From the NCBI GenBank assembly GCA_035909535.1, contig JAMHZE010000028.1:1-45345 (forward strand): a stretch of DNA of 45,345 nt, in the 5' to 3' direction. Below, in pieces: positions 27,857 to 35,730 of the stretch. This DNA comes from Rickettsiales bacterium. Its GTDB lineage: Bacteria > Pseudomonadota > Alphaproteobacteria > Rickettsiales > UBA8987. The notes beneath the pieces were generated by a model, which saw only the letters and a list, made by a program, of their open reading frames with translations, did not search any database and was not told where the DNA came from. The position numbers and the translations under genes are program-made. Each line of letters begins with the position of its first letter. The first letter of the stretch is position 1.

Positions 27857-27886
27857 GGGGCTGCCCCCTCGCAGCCCCTTTTTTTT
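27857..27886 (+). terminator. Intercistronic GC hairpin plus T8 (intrinsic terminator/attenuator) between ahpC and ahpD
   Basis: GGGGCTGC (27857-27864), loop cccctc, GCAGCCCC (27871-27878), then TTTTTTTT (27879-27886). Confidence 0.7.
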
Positions 27887-27908
27887 GGAAAGAATTTGGA
27901 GAAATGAT

Positions 27909-28430
27909 ATGTCATTAGATGCTTTAAAAGATTCCCTGCAGGATTATGCAAAAGATACACGCCTTAACCTTGGTACTGTTATAACAACGGCACAGGGTTT
28001 AAGCGCAAATCAGGCATATGCCATTGCGCTTGCATGCGCTTATGCTACCCGCAACCAAACGGTTGTAGATAACATACTGGCGGAAGTTGCCGGCAAAATT
28101 TCTGATGCGGAATTAAATGCCGCTAAATCTGCCGCTGTTATAATGGCAATGAACAACATCTACTACCGCGCCACTCACCTTGCAGAAGATGCAGAATTGC
28201 AAAAAATGCCTGCAGGTCTGCGTATGCAGGTAATAGGAAATCCGGGTGTAGATAAGGTAGATTTCGAACTCTATTCCCTTGCTGTGTCTGCAATCAACGG
28301 CTGCGGTATGTGTATCGCGTCACACGTTAAGCAGGCTGCACATGCTGGTGTAACAAATCAGGGCATACAGTCATCTTTGAAGATAGCCGCTGTGATAAAT
28401 GCCGCAGCTCAGGCGGTTTTCATAGGTTAA
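27909..28430 (+). CDS. ahpD: Alkyl hydroperoxide reductase AhpD (carboxymuconolactone decarboxylase family)
   Basis: It has the CxxC active site NGCGMCIASH. I prefer the ATG at 27909, which has GGAG 7 nt upstream. The track's TTG at 27885 sits inside the terminator T-run. Confidence 0.9.
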   Translation: MSLDALKDSLQDYAKDTRLNLGTVITTAQGLSANQAYAIALACAYATRNQTVVDNILAEVAGKISDAELNAAKSAAVIMAMNNIYYRATHLAEDAELQKMPAGLRMQVIGNPGVDKVDFELYSLAVSAINGCGMCIASHVKQAAHAGVTNQGIQSSLKIAAVINAAAQAVFIG

Positions 28431-28454
28431 ATTAACCATAGTTACAGTTATAAG

Positions 28455-28498
28455 CGAAGAATCTCATTTAAATTTTATTTTATTTATGCGATTCTTCG
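28455..28498. repeat. 9-bp inverted repeat CGAAGAATC...GATTCTTCG around a 26-nt AT-rich spacer, upstream of dps
   Basis: Read directly: 28455-28463 and 28490-28498. It lies between the ahpD stop and the dps start (28526). Confidence 0.5.
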
Positions 28499-28525
28499 TG
28501 AAGATAAAAACATAGGAGCAATGCC

Positions 28526-28960
28526 ATGTCCAAAAAAGTTGTAGATAATCTCAAAAATCTTCTCGCAGATAATTACACTCTGTACCTGAAGACCCAGAAT
28601 TTCCACTGGAACGTTACAGGCCCTAACTTCCAGAGCCTTCACGTTCTGTTTGAAACGCAGTATAACGATCTGTTTGCCGCTAATGATGCAATAGCAGAGC
28701 GTATCCGCGCGCTTGGTTCAAAGGCTCCTGGTAGCTTCAAGGAATTCGAGAAGCTTTCCACGATAAAAGAAGCTTCCGGCAGTTACAATGCTAAGCAGAT
28801 GGTTACAGAGCTGGTGAAAGACCAGAACAACATCATCAAAACTCTTAAAAAAGTTGTATCCGCTGCAGCCGCTTCAGGTGATGAAGTAACAGAAGGCATC
28901 GCGGTAGATAGAATAGAGATACATGAGAAGAACCGCTGGATGCTGGAATCCAGTATATAG
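28526..28960 (+). CDS. dps: Dps family DNA-protection/ferritin-like protein
   Basis: 144 aa. It has LLAD...LYLKTQNFHWNV.GPNF..LH..FE.QY and ..D.IAERI.ALG. Confidence 0.9.
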   Translation: MSKKVVDNLKNLLADNYTLYLKTQNFHWNVTGPNFQSLHVLFETQYNDLFAANDAIAERIRALGSKAPGSFKEFEKLSTIKEASGSYNAKQMVTELVKDQNNIIKTLKKVVSAAAASGDEVTEGIAVDRIEIHEKNRWMLESSI

Positions 28961-28981
28961 GTTCTAAAAGGTTTTATCAGG

Positions 28982-29695
28982 CTACCTTCCGGTGGTCTGA
29001 GAACCCCTTATCTTACCCACATTGTTAAGGCGTGTAGTAACTTCTTTGGCTATACGTGGTTCCATTTTTGCCAGAACCTCGGCGGCATTCTTCTCTTTCA
29101 TCTTGTCTATCAATGGCACAATATCTTCAACGCGCATCTTAGAGAATATATCCGCAGCGTTCTTTGGTTTCATCTGCTCGTATATCTTCACAAGGCTCTT
29201 GGTCTTCTCGTCCTCTTCCTTGCGGTACTCGGCAAGGCTTGCTTCAACTTCCTTCTTCAGCTGACGCAAAGCTTCCATCTTGTTATCTATCTTTTCTTCG
29301 GTTATCTTCAGAACATTCTCTTTTACCTGAAGGTCCTTTTCCCATTTCAGCAGGCGCTCGCGACGCTCAGAAAGTCTTTCAAGAACCTCTATCTCTGCAT
29401 CGGTGTAGGTCTTCACCTCATCTATAGAAACAGGTTTAGCCTCTTCTTCCGCAGGTTCACCGCCACCGTGCTGCTGTGCCGCTGCCGGTGCATGTTCGGC
29501 AGAAGCCGCTGGACTTGTTGCAGCAGGTTGTTCCTGTTTTTCTTTTGGTTCTTTGCTTTCAGTTTTAGCCTGAGATTCGGCCACCCATATACCATCCGGC
29601 ATGTTTGTGGATGCAATTATCACCATATCCACCGTTTTTACTAACAACAGCAGAAAAGCAGAAAACATCAATGTACGAAGTAAACCAGTATACAT
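28982..29695 (-). CDS. MotE/FlbB-like flagellar protein (MgtE_N-type helical domain)
   Basis: 237 aa. It has an N-terminal TM, a low-complexity P/A/E/Q linker and a coiled region. The C-terminal Y.QMKPKNAA.IF..M....I..LI..MKEKNAAEVLAKMEP..A resembles MotE/MgtE_N. It lies in the fliLM operon context. Confidence 0.55.
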   Translation of the reverse strand: MYTGLLRTLMFSAFLLLLVKTVDMVIIASTNMPDGIWVAESQAKTESKEPKEKQEQPAATSPAASAEHAPAAAQQHGGGEPAEEEAKPVSIDEVKTYTDAEIEVLERLSERRERLLKWEKDLQVKENVLKITEEKIDNKMEALRQLKKEVEASLAEYRKEEDEKTKSLVKIYEQMKPKNAADIFSKMRVEDIVPLIDKMKEKNAAEVLAKMEPRIAKEVTTRLNNVGKIRGSQTTGR

Positions 29696-29767
29696 AAATA
29701 ATAGTTATATGCTGGCGGTTCAAACCACAACAGAATTTTTTAAAATCTTTTTAATGGAGTGTTTGTG

Positions 29768-30307
29768 TTACACGTTGTCAGCGTCGTTGCGTCTGCGAGC
29801 AATTTCCTGAAGCAACGCATCAAGCGCCTGACGCTTGGAAGGGCTTATCAGGTTCTTGTCGGATGGTTCTGCCATTGCTGCCTGACGCGGGCGGAATGAT
29901 GTATCGCCGGAAGGAACCTCTCTGTTCTGCTTTGCAACAGGCTGTACTCCTAAAGATGCTTCTGCCATTTTGCGGTTGGCATCGCGGCTCATGCTTATTT
30001 TGCCTTCAAGGTTCTGGGCTACGGTTTCACCCTTCTCCGAGAGGAATGATAGGTCGTTCGCAAGAAACCTTGCGCGCTTTATCTGTGCTTTCAGGTTATC
30101 ATCAACCATAGAGCCCATTTCTTTCAGCTGATTTATATTCTTTTCAGCGCGCTGGATGGAGTTGTTGAACTCCAGCAGGAATTTTGCCAGTTCTGTCTTG
30201 CTGGAATTGAATGTAGATATACGCCTGCTAAGCGAAAGGCAGAATGCTATCGTTATCAGCAGCAGCAGAGATATAACAACATTAAGTATTACGTCAGCGT
30301 TTTCCAT
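29768..30307 (-). CDS. Flagellar-cluster membrane-anchored coiled-coil protein (possibly DUF6468/PflI-like)
   Basis: About 179 aa counted from the ATG at 30307. The track starts at a TTG at 30322 that overlaps the fliM stop. It has a single N-terminal TM followed by a helical region. The family name is a recollection from synteny and has not been verified. Confidence 0.4.
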   Translation of the reverse strand: MENADVILNVVISLLLLITIAFCLSLSRRISTFNSSKTELAKFLLEFNNSIQRAEKNINQLKEMGSMVDDNLKAQIKRARFLANDLSFLSEKGETVAQNLEGKISMSRDANRKMAEASLGVQPVAKQNREVPSGDTSFRPRQAAMAEPSDKNLISPSKRQALDALLQEIARRRNDADNV

Positions 30308-30318
30308 TTTTCCCCATC

Positions 30319-31362
30319 TCAAGTAATGTGCTTAAGCACGCTTATATCTGTAAGAGAAAGCGCCACCCTGTCTTCGTAAGCGCCCAGCCTGCCTTTGAAC
30401 AGCTCAACGCCGTTGCAGGTTATCTTCAGCTCGTCATCAGGTGCGTTTTCCATAACTATGGTAGAGCCAACTTTCAGCTCGGCCAGTTCTTTCAGTGAAA
30501 GGCTTTTCTTATCAAGTTCTGCCTGTAGCTGAATGCTTGTGCCTTTAACTTCCTCGCTGAGGAACCCTTCCCATGAAACATCAGAACCAAACGTTTCGCC
30601 GGAGAACATCTGCGTCAGCAGTTCCTTCACAGGTTCCAGCGTAGTATAAGGTAATACAATGTCTATCTTGCCGCCAACATCGTTGAACTCTATACGTGCA
30701 GAAATTATCACGATAGGGCTGCTTGGTCGCGCAATGGTCGCAAAGCGTGGATTGGTTTCCAGCCTGTCCATACGGAACGAAACCGTGGTAATGGGGGTGA
30801 ACGCTGCCGTTACTTCTTCAAGTATCAGGCGTGAGAAATTTTTAATTATATTCTGCTCAATAGATGTGAACGGTCTGCCTTCAACGCGATATATTCCTTC
30901 TGCTTTGCCGCCGCCAAGCAGTATATCTACCAGAGAATATATCAGCGAGTTATCAACGGTTATAAGGCCTAAGTTCTCCCATTCTACCGCCTGGAATATA
31001 GATATCATCGCCGGCAGAGGTATAGAATTCAGGTAATCTTCAAAGCGTATAGATGTAATATTCTCGATGGTTATTTCCGAGTTCTCGCCGGTAAAGTTAC
31101 GCAGGCTGGTAGAAACAGATCTCGCAAAGCGGTCGAACACCACCTCAAGCATCGGGAATTTTTCGTAGTTATCACGGGCGCGGTAGATTATGGCATCAAC
31201 GCCGCGCGTAGGTATCTCGCGCTGCTGGTTAAGGCCTAGCAGATTATCTATCTCATCCTGAGAAAGGTTATCTTCGCTGTTGCCGCCTTCAACCATTTCG
31301 GTCATCATGGCTGCTACGGCTGCTTCCTCAGTACCTGCGGGTTTTTTTTCGTCTGTTCCCAT
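30319..31362 (-). CDS. fliM: Flagellar motor switch protein FliM
   Basis: 347 aa. The N-terminal CheY-binding-like motif is LSQDEIDNLLG. It has a FliM middle domain and a C-terminal SpoA/FliN-like domain (LKVGSTIVME.....L.I.CNGV.LF.G.LG). Confidence 0.9.
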   Translation of the reverse strand: MGTDEKKPAGTEEAAVAAMMTEMVEGGNSEDNLSQDEIDNLLGLNQQREIPTRGVDAIIYRARDNYEKFPMLEVVFDRFARSVSTSLRNFTGENSEITIENITSIRFEDYLNSIPLPAMISIFQAVEWENLGLITVDNSLIYSLVDILLGGGKAEGIYRVEGRPFTSIEQNIIKNFSRLILEEVTAAFTPITTVSFRMDRLETNPRFATIARPSSPIVIISARIEFNDVGGKIDIVLPYTTLEPVKELLTQMFSGETFGSDVSWEGFLSEEVKGTSIQLQAELDKKSLSLKELAELKVGSTIVMENAPDDELKITCNGVELFKGRLGAYEDRVALSLTDISVLKHIT

Positions 31363-31374
31363 AGAGCCTAAAAG

Positions 31375-32016
31375 TTATTGTACTATCACTTCCTTGAACA
31401 AAATATTGTTCACCTTGCCTTTTTCCATCACGCTGTTAACGCGCAGAAGAAGTTCGGTACGCAGGCGCTGCAAGCCGGCAGAGCCTTGCAGGTCACTGCT
31501 GCGAAGTTCGCGCAGATATACCTGGAACATGTCGCGGATACGCGGCATTTTCGTCTGTATTTCATTTAAGGAAAGCTGGTTCGGCAGTTCAAGAGTTATC
31601 ACTGCTTTCAAAAAGCTTACCTGTGTTCCCGGATTATTCAGGTTAACCAGAAACTCGTCCATATCATGGTAAAGCGTCTGCGGAGTAGCAAGCAGGTCAG
31701 TGGTTTCCTCAACCTCGCCTTTATCGCCGCCGCCGCTAAGTATTGCGCCAACGCCGCCGCCAACCAGCAGTACTACTGCAGCCAGTATTATAATAAGTTT
31801 TTTGCTTTTTTTAGGGGCAGGCTGTGCTTCTGCGCCTTCACCGCCTTCTGTCGCTGCAGCTTCGGTACCTTCCGCGCCTTCAGCCGGAGTTCCAGCCTTA
31901 GCAGCAGCTTTTGCAGCTTTCTTCTCAGCCTTTTCGCGGGCTTTGCGGGCTTTTTTCTCTTCTTTCGTTTCAGGCTTGCCTGTATTTTCGCCTGTTTCTG
32001 TGTTTTCTTCTGCCAT
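31375..32016 (-). CDS. fliL: Flagellar basal-body-associated protein FliL, with a long K/A/E/G-rich N-terminal extension
   Basis: 213 aa. It has a TM (LIIILAAVVLLVGGGVGAIL) and then a FliL domain (..Y..MDEFLVNL........FLK..I.LE........I...MPRIRD.F..YLR). It is 12 nt upstream of fliM. Confidence 0.8.
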   Translation of the reverse strand: MAEENTETGENTGKPETKEEKKARKAREKAEKKAAKAAAKAGTPAEGAEGTEAAATEGGEGAEAQPAPKKSKKLIIILAAVVLLVGGGVGAILSGGGDKGEVEETTDLLATPQTLYHDMDEFLVNLNNPGTQVSFLKAVITLELPNQLSLNEIQTKMPRIRDMFQVYLRELRSSDLQGSAGLQRLRTELLLRVNSVMEKGKVNNILFKEVIVQ

Positions 32017-32147
32017 GTGAATTTGGTTCCCGATAAGTTATGGTTCATGTAATCTATTACTTTTGAGATGTTTATTCAAACAAATTTAGTCTTTCCTAGC
32101 TCTTGACCGGAACAAAGCGTTGATATATTGCATAATTGCTTTAATGC

Positions 32148-32234
32148 GCCCTCGTGGTGGAATTGGTAGACGCGGCAGATTCAAAATCTGCTATACTCAC
32201 GTATGTGTCGGTTCGAGTCCGACCGAGGGCACCA
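32148..32234 (+). tRNA. tRNA-Leu (anticodon CAA), type II with a long variable arm and encoded CCA
   Basis: The acceptor stem is GCCCTCG/CGAGGGC with discriminator A and CCA. The anticodon stem is GCAGA/TCTGC with loop TTCAAAA. The T-arm has GGTTCGAGTCC. Confidence 0.95.
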
Positions 32235-32353
32235 TAAAAACCTCAACTTTCCTATACCTGCAACACCGCCTGCTCAAAAACCTGCCTGCTAACCCAATTA
32301 AAATTGAATAAATATGTATTCCGCCTTATCTTTAATTAACAAAGCGAGGCGAT

Positions 32354-33421
32354 ATGATAAAAAAGATAGCGGTTCTGGGCTTAGGCAAGGTTGGCACTCT
32401 GGTTGCAACATTGCTGCATGAATCTAAGTTTGATGTCACGGGTATAGATTCCGGTAAACAAAAGCAAAAATTCAAAACCCTCGCAGGCAACGTGGCCGAC
32501 CCGGCCTTCCTTACCAAATCCCTTAAGGGTTTTGATGCCGTGGTTTCCGCCCTGCCATACCACCTCAATCGTGATGTCGTTACTATCGCGCATAAAATGG
32601 GCATACATTATTTTGATCTCACGGAAGATGTTCCAACCTCCAACTACATCAAAAAACTTTCAAAAACCTCGCGCGCTGTAATGGCTCCGCAATGCGGCCT
32701 TGCACCGGGCTTCATCGCCATAGTCGGCAGCAGCCTCGCTAAAGATTTTGATAAGATACGCGCCATAGAACTCCGCGTGGGCGCTTTGCCACAATCACCT
32801 AAAGGCTCGCTCGGCTACGCGTTCAACTGGTCGGCAGAAGGTGTGGTGAACGAATACTTAAACGACTGCTATATATTAAGTGACGGCGAGATAAAGCAGG
32901 TTCCTTCCATGCAAGATCTCGAGAAAGTGGTGATAGAAGGCAAAACCCTTGAAGCCTTTACAACCAGCGGCGGCCTTGGCACAATGTGCGAAACCTACAA
33001 GGGCAGGGCAGATAAACTCAACTATAAAACCATCCGCTATCCGGGTCACATGAAGCTGATGCGCTTCTACTTCCACGAACTGCTGATGAAGGATGACCGT
33101 AAAAAAGCGGGTGAATATCTGGTCAATGCATTCCCTCCGGTGAATGATGATGTGGTATATGTCCACGCCGCTGTAGATGGTATCCGCACCACCCGCGGCA
33201 AGAAGGAATTATTCAAGGAAGAATTCGTCCGCGCCTATTATCCAAAAGTTATCGCCGGACAAGAATGGCGCGCAATAAGCTGGACAACTGCCTGCTCCAT
33301 CTGCGCCGTGATAGAAATGGTGGCAAAGGGCAAGCTGCCTCGCAAGGGCTTTATAAAGCAGGAAGATATCGACCTGAAAGATTTCCTTAAAACCAAAAAT
33401 GGCAGTTATTATGAGTGCTGA
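32354..33421 (+). CDS. Saccharopine dehydrogenase-family oxidoreductase (candidate L-lysine 6-dehydrogenase)
   Basis: 355 aa. The Rossmann N-terminus is IAVLGLGKVG. Sacchrp_dh-like segments are present (YFDLTED, PQCGLAPGF, YAFNWSAEGVVNEY, IRYPGH). It overlaps the downstream ALDH7-type gene. Confidence 0.7.
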   Translation: MIKKIAVLGLGKVGTLVATLLHESKFDVTGIDSGKQKQKFKTLAGNVADPAFLTKSLKGFDAVVSALPYHLNRDVVTIAHKMGIHYFDLTEDVPTSNYIKKLSKTSRAVMAPQCGLAPGFIAIVGSSLAKDFDKIRAIELRVGALPQSPKGSLGYAFNWSAEGVVNEYLNDCYILSDGEIKQVPSMQDLEKVVIEGKTLEAFTTSGGLGTMCETYKGRADKLNYKTIRYPGHMKLMRFYFHELLMKDDRKKAGEYLVNAFPPVNDDVVYVHAAVDGIRTTRGKKELFKEEFVRAYYPKVIAGQEWRAISWTTACSICAVIEMVAKGKLPRKGFIKQEDIDLKDFLKTKNGSYYEC

Positions 33422-34907
33422 AAATATACTTAAGGGCCTTGGTGCTAACCTTTCTTCCTACAAGGGTAGCGATATAGAAGTATATTCGCCGATAGATGGC
33501 AAACTGCTCGCAAAGCTAAAGGCAGATACCGCAAAAACGCTCGATAAAAAAATAGCGAACTCGGTAGAGGCATTCGAGCAATGGCGTGATGTTCCTGCGC
33601 CAAAACGCGGAGAGCTTATCCGCCTGTTCGGTGAAGAGCTGCGTAAAAATAAGAACCTGCTGGCAAAACTTGTCACGCTGGAATGTGGTAAAATTCTTGC
33701 AGAAGGGCATGGCGAAGTGCAGGAGATGATAGATATCTGCGATCTCGCCGTTGGCCTCTCGCGCACTATCGGTGGCCTTACACTGCCTTCCGAGCGCCCC
33801 GACCACGTAATGCAGGAAAACTGGTATCCGCTCGGCCCTGTTGGCATCATCAGTGCATTCAACTTTCCGGTTGCTGTCTGGGCATGGAACTCCGCTCTCG
33901 CAATAATCTGCGGCGACAGCGTGATATGGAAGCCATCTGAAAAAACCCCGCTCTGCGCCATTGCTTGTCAGGCATTGTTCGAAAAGGCCGCAGCCAAATA
34001 CGGTAACGCGCCGGAAAATCTTTCCCAGCTTGTAATAGCAGAACGCAACATCGGTGAAAAACTGGTGAACGATACCCGCCTGCCGCTTATCAGCGCAACG
34101 GGCAGTACCGCAATGGGTCGCAGTGTCGGTAATGCGGTTGCCAAAAGGTTTGGCCGCTCACTGCTGGAACTCGGCGGTAACAACGCCATCATCGTCACGC
34201 CATCGGCAGATATAAACGTAGCACTCTCATCAATATTATTCGGCTCTGTCGGCACGGCAGGCCAGCGCTGCACTACAACGCGCCGCCTTTTCGCGCATGA
34301 ATCCATTTACACCCAGCTGCACGAAAAGCTCCGCAAAGCTTATGATTCCGCGTTCGAAAGAATCGGCAACCCGATGGAAAAGACCACGCTCATCGGCCCG
34401 CTTATAGATAAAGCCTCGTTCGAAAACATGCAGAAGTCCCTCAAGGCCGCTGCTAAAGCAGGCGCAGATATCTTCGGCGGTAAGCGCATAACCACTTCAG
34501 ATAAGAACGCATATTATGTAGAACCTGCTCTCGTGCGTCTAAAAAAACAGGTGCCGATAGTAATGCACGAAACCTTCGCGCCTATATTATATATGATGCC
34601 ATATAAAAACCTTGAAGAAGCAATAGCGCTCAACAACGCAGTGCCGCAGGGTCTTTCCTCGGCCATTTTCACTACCGATGTGCGCGAGGCAGAAATCTTC
34701 AAGCGCTACAGCGATTGCGGTATAACCAATGTTAATATCGGTACATCCGGTGCCGAAATAGGCGGAGCCTTCGGTGGCGAAAAAGAGACCGGCGGCGGGC
34801 GCGAAAGCGGCTCAGATTCATGGAAATATTACATGCGCCGTCAAACCTCAACCACGTATTTCGGCAGCAAGGCGCCTGCTCTGGCTCAGGGCATCAACTT
34901 CGGCTAA
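33399..34907 (+). CDS. ALDH7-type aldehyde dehydrogenase (alpha-aminoadipic semialdehyde / piperideine-6-carboxylate dehydrogenase)
   Basis: About 500 aa. It has WKPSEKTPL, LELGGNNAIIV and GTAGQRCTTTRRL, which is the antiquitin-like catalytic Cys context, plus GGEKETGGGRESGSDSWK. The start may be the ATG at 33411. Confidence 0.85.
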   Translation: MAVIMSAENILKGLGANLSSYKGSDIEVYSPIDGKLLAKLKADTAKTLDKKIANSVEAFEQWRDVPAPKRGELIRLFGEELRKNKNLLAKLVTLECGKILAEGHGEVQEMIDICDLAVGLSRTIGGLTLPSERPDHVMQENWYPLGPVGIISAFNFPVAVWAWNSALAIICGDSVIWKPSEKTPLCAIACQALFEKAAAKYGNAPENLSQLVIAERNIGEKLVNDTRLPLISATGSTAMGRSVGNAVAKRFGRSLLELGGNNAIIVTPSADINVALSSILFGSVGTAGQRCTTTRRLFAHESIYTQLHEKLRKAYDSAFERIGNPMEKTTLIGPLIDKASFENMQKSLKAAAKAGADIFGGKRITTSDKNAYYVEPALVRLKKQVPIVMHETFAPILYMMPYKNLEEAIALNNAVPQGLSSAIFTTDVREAEIFKRYSDCGITNVNIGTSGAEIGGAFGGEKETGGGRESGSDSWKYYMRRQTSTTYFGSKAPALAQGINFG

Positions 34908-34974
34908 AACCGCGATTGACGGTTTACGGGTTTTGGTCTAGAGTTTTGCTGAAACATAACCAATAAGGCATCTT

Positions 34975-35730
34975 ATGGCTAAGCAAGGCGCAGCAAAAAA
35001 AGAAGAAAATCCGCAACCTCTATTCTACAAAAATCCGGTTCCTCTCATGCTCGATAAGCATGCAGAAGCAGCTATCAAGGCAGATATGGGCTTTGGTTTC
35101 AGTAAAGATACCAACAGCGTTCCAATCACCATGCCGGAATTTGCGGAAGTGTCCAAACACTATCCTATCGTTTTTGCAGCAACTGCAGGTTCTGAACCTG
35201 TTGCGGTACTAGGCCTGGAAGACAGGAAGAACGTTTTTGTGAAAGGTGAAGAATGGGCGGAAGATAAATACATACCTGCTTATGTTCGCCGTTATCCTTT
35301 TGCGTTCATGGAAGCGGGCAGCGATGCCGATTCCAAGCTGCTTCTCTGCATAGATGAAGATGCAAAACGCTTCGTGAAAAAGGCCGGTAAGGGTGATCTT
35401 AAACTGTTTGAAGATGGCGGTCAGAGTGCTACCACAAAACACGCGCTAGATTTCTGCGTGCAGTTCCACCGCGATCAGGCATCATCGCTGCAATTTGCAA
35501 AAGCTGTAAATGATGCAGGTCTGTTTGCTAACAAGCAGATAAGTGTTACCCTGAAAGACAGGGAAAAGCCTGTGGTTCTCGCGGGTTTCAAAGTAGTGGA
35601 TTCTGAAAAGCTTCGCGCGCTGGATGATAAAAAAGTGGCGGAGTGGCACAAGAACGGCTTCCTAAGCCTTATCTACATGCACCTTGTATCACTTACTAAT
35701 TTTACAAAACTCAGCAAGCACATAAAATAA
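34975..35730 (+). CDS. SapC family protein
   Basis: 251 aa. The segments P.PL....H, YPIVF, YIPAYVRRYPFAF and ...L.F resemble the SapC family (PF07277). The function is unknown. Confidence 0.65.
   Translation: MAKQGAAKKEENPQPLFYKNPVPLMLDKHAEAAIKADMGFGFSKDTNSVPITMPEFAEVSKHYPIVFAATAGSEPVAVLGLEDRKNVFVKGEEWAEDKYIPAYVRRYPFAFMEAGSDADSKLLLCIDEDAKRFVKKAGKGDLKLFEDGGQSATTKHALDFCVQFHRDQASSLQFAKAVNDAGLFANKQISVTLKDREKPVVLAGFKVVDSEKLRALDDKKVAEWHKNGFLSLIYMHLVSLTNFTKLSKHIK

Noticed and set aside
27885-27908. The TTG start for ahpD given by the ORF track (MERIWRND...).
   Set aside because: The codon lies within the T-run of the ahpC-proximal terminator hairpin. An ATG at 27909 has a correctly spaced GGAG and gives an N-terminus (MSLDALKD...) of normal AhpD length.
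31666-32052. Three overlapping ORFs (86-128 aa, both strands) at the 5' end of fliL.
   Set aside because: They are artefacts of the low-complexity K/A/E/G-coding DNA of the FliL N-terminal extension. Only the frame continuing into the FliL TM and FliL domain makes biological sense.
32017-32100. Sigma-54 (GG-N10-GC), FliA (TAAA-N15-GCCGATAA) or CtrA (TTAA-N7-TTAAC) promoter motifs upstream of fliL.
   Set aside because: Only partial, mis-spaced matches are present on the minus strand (for example CTAAATTTG and CTTATCGGG). None meets the spacing of the consensus, so I make no call.
32017-32353. Possible genomic-island or integration signatures around tRNA-Leu, and likewise around tRNA-Arg at 42041-42117.
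   Set aside because: There is no integrase, transposase or phage ORF on either side. I saw no obvious direct repeat of the tRNA 3' end in flanking sequence. The flanking genes are ordinary chromosomal functions.
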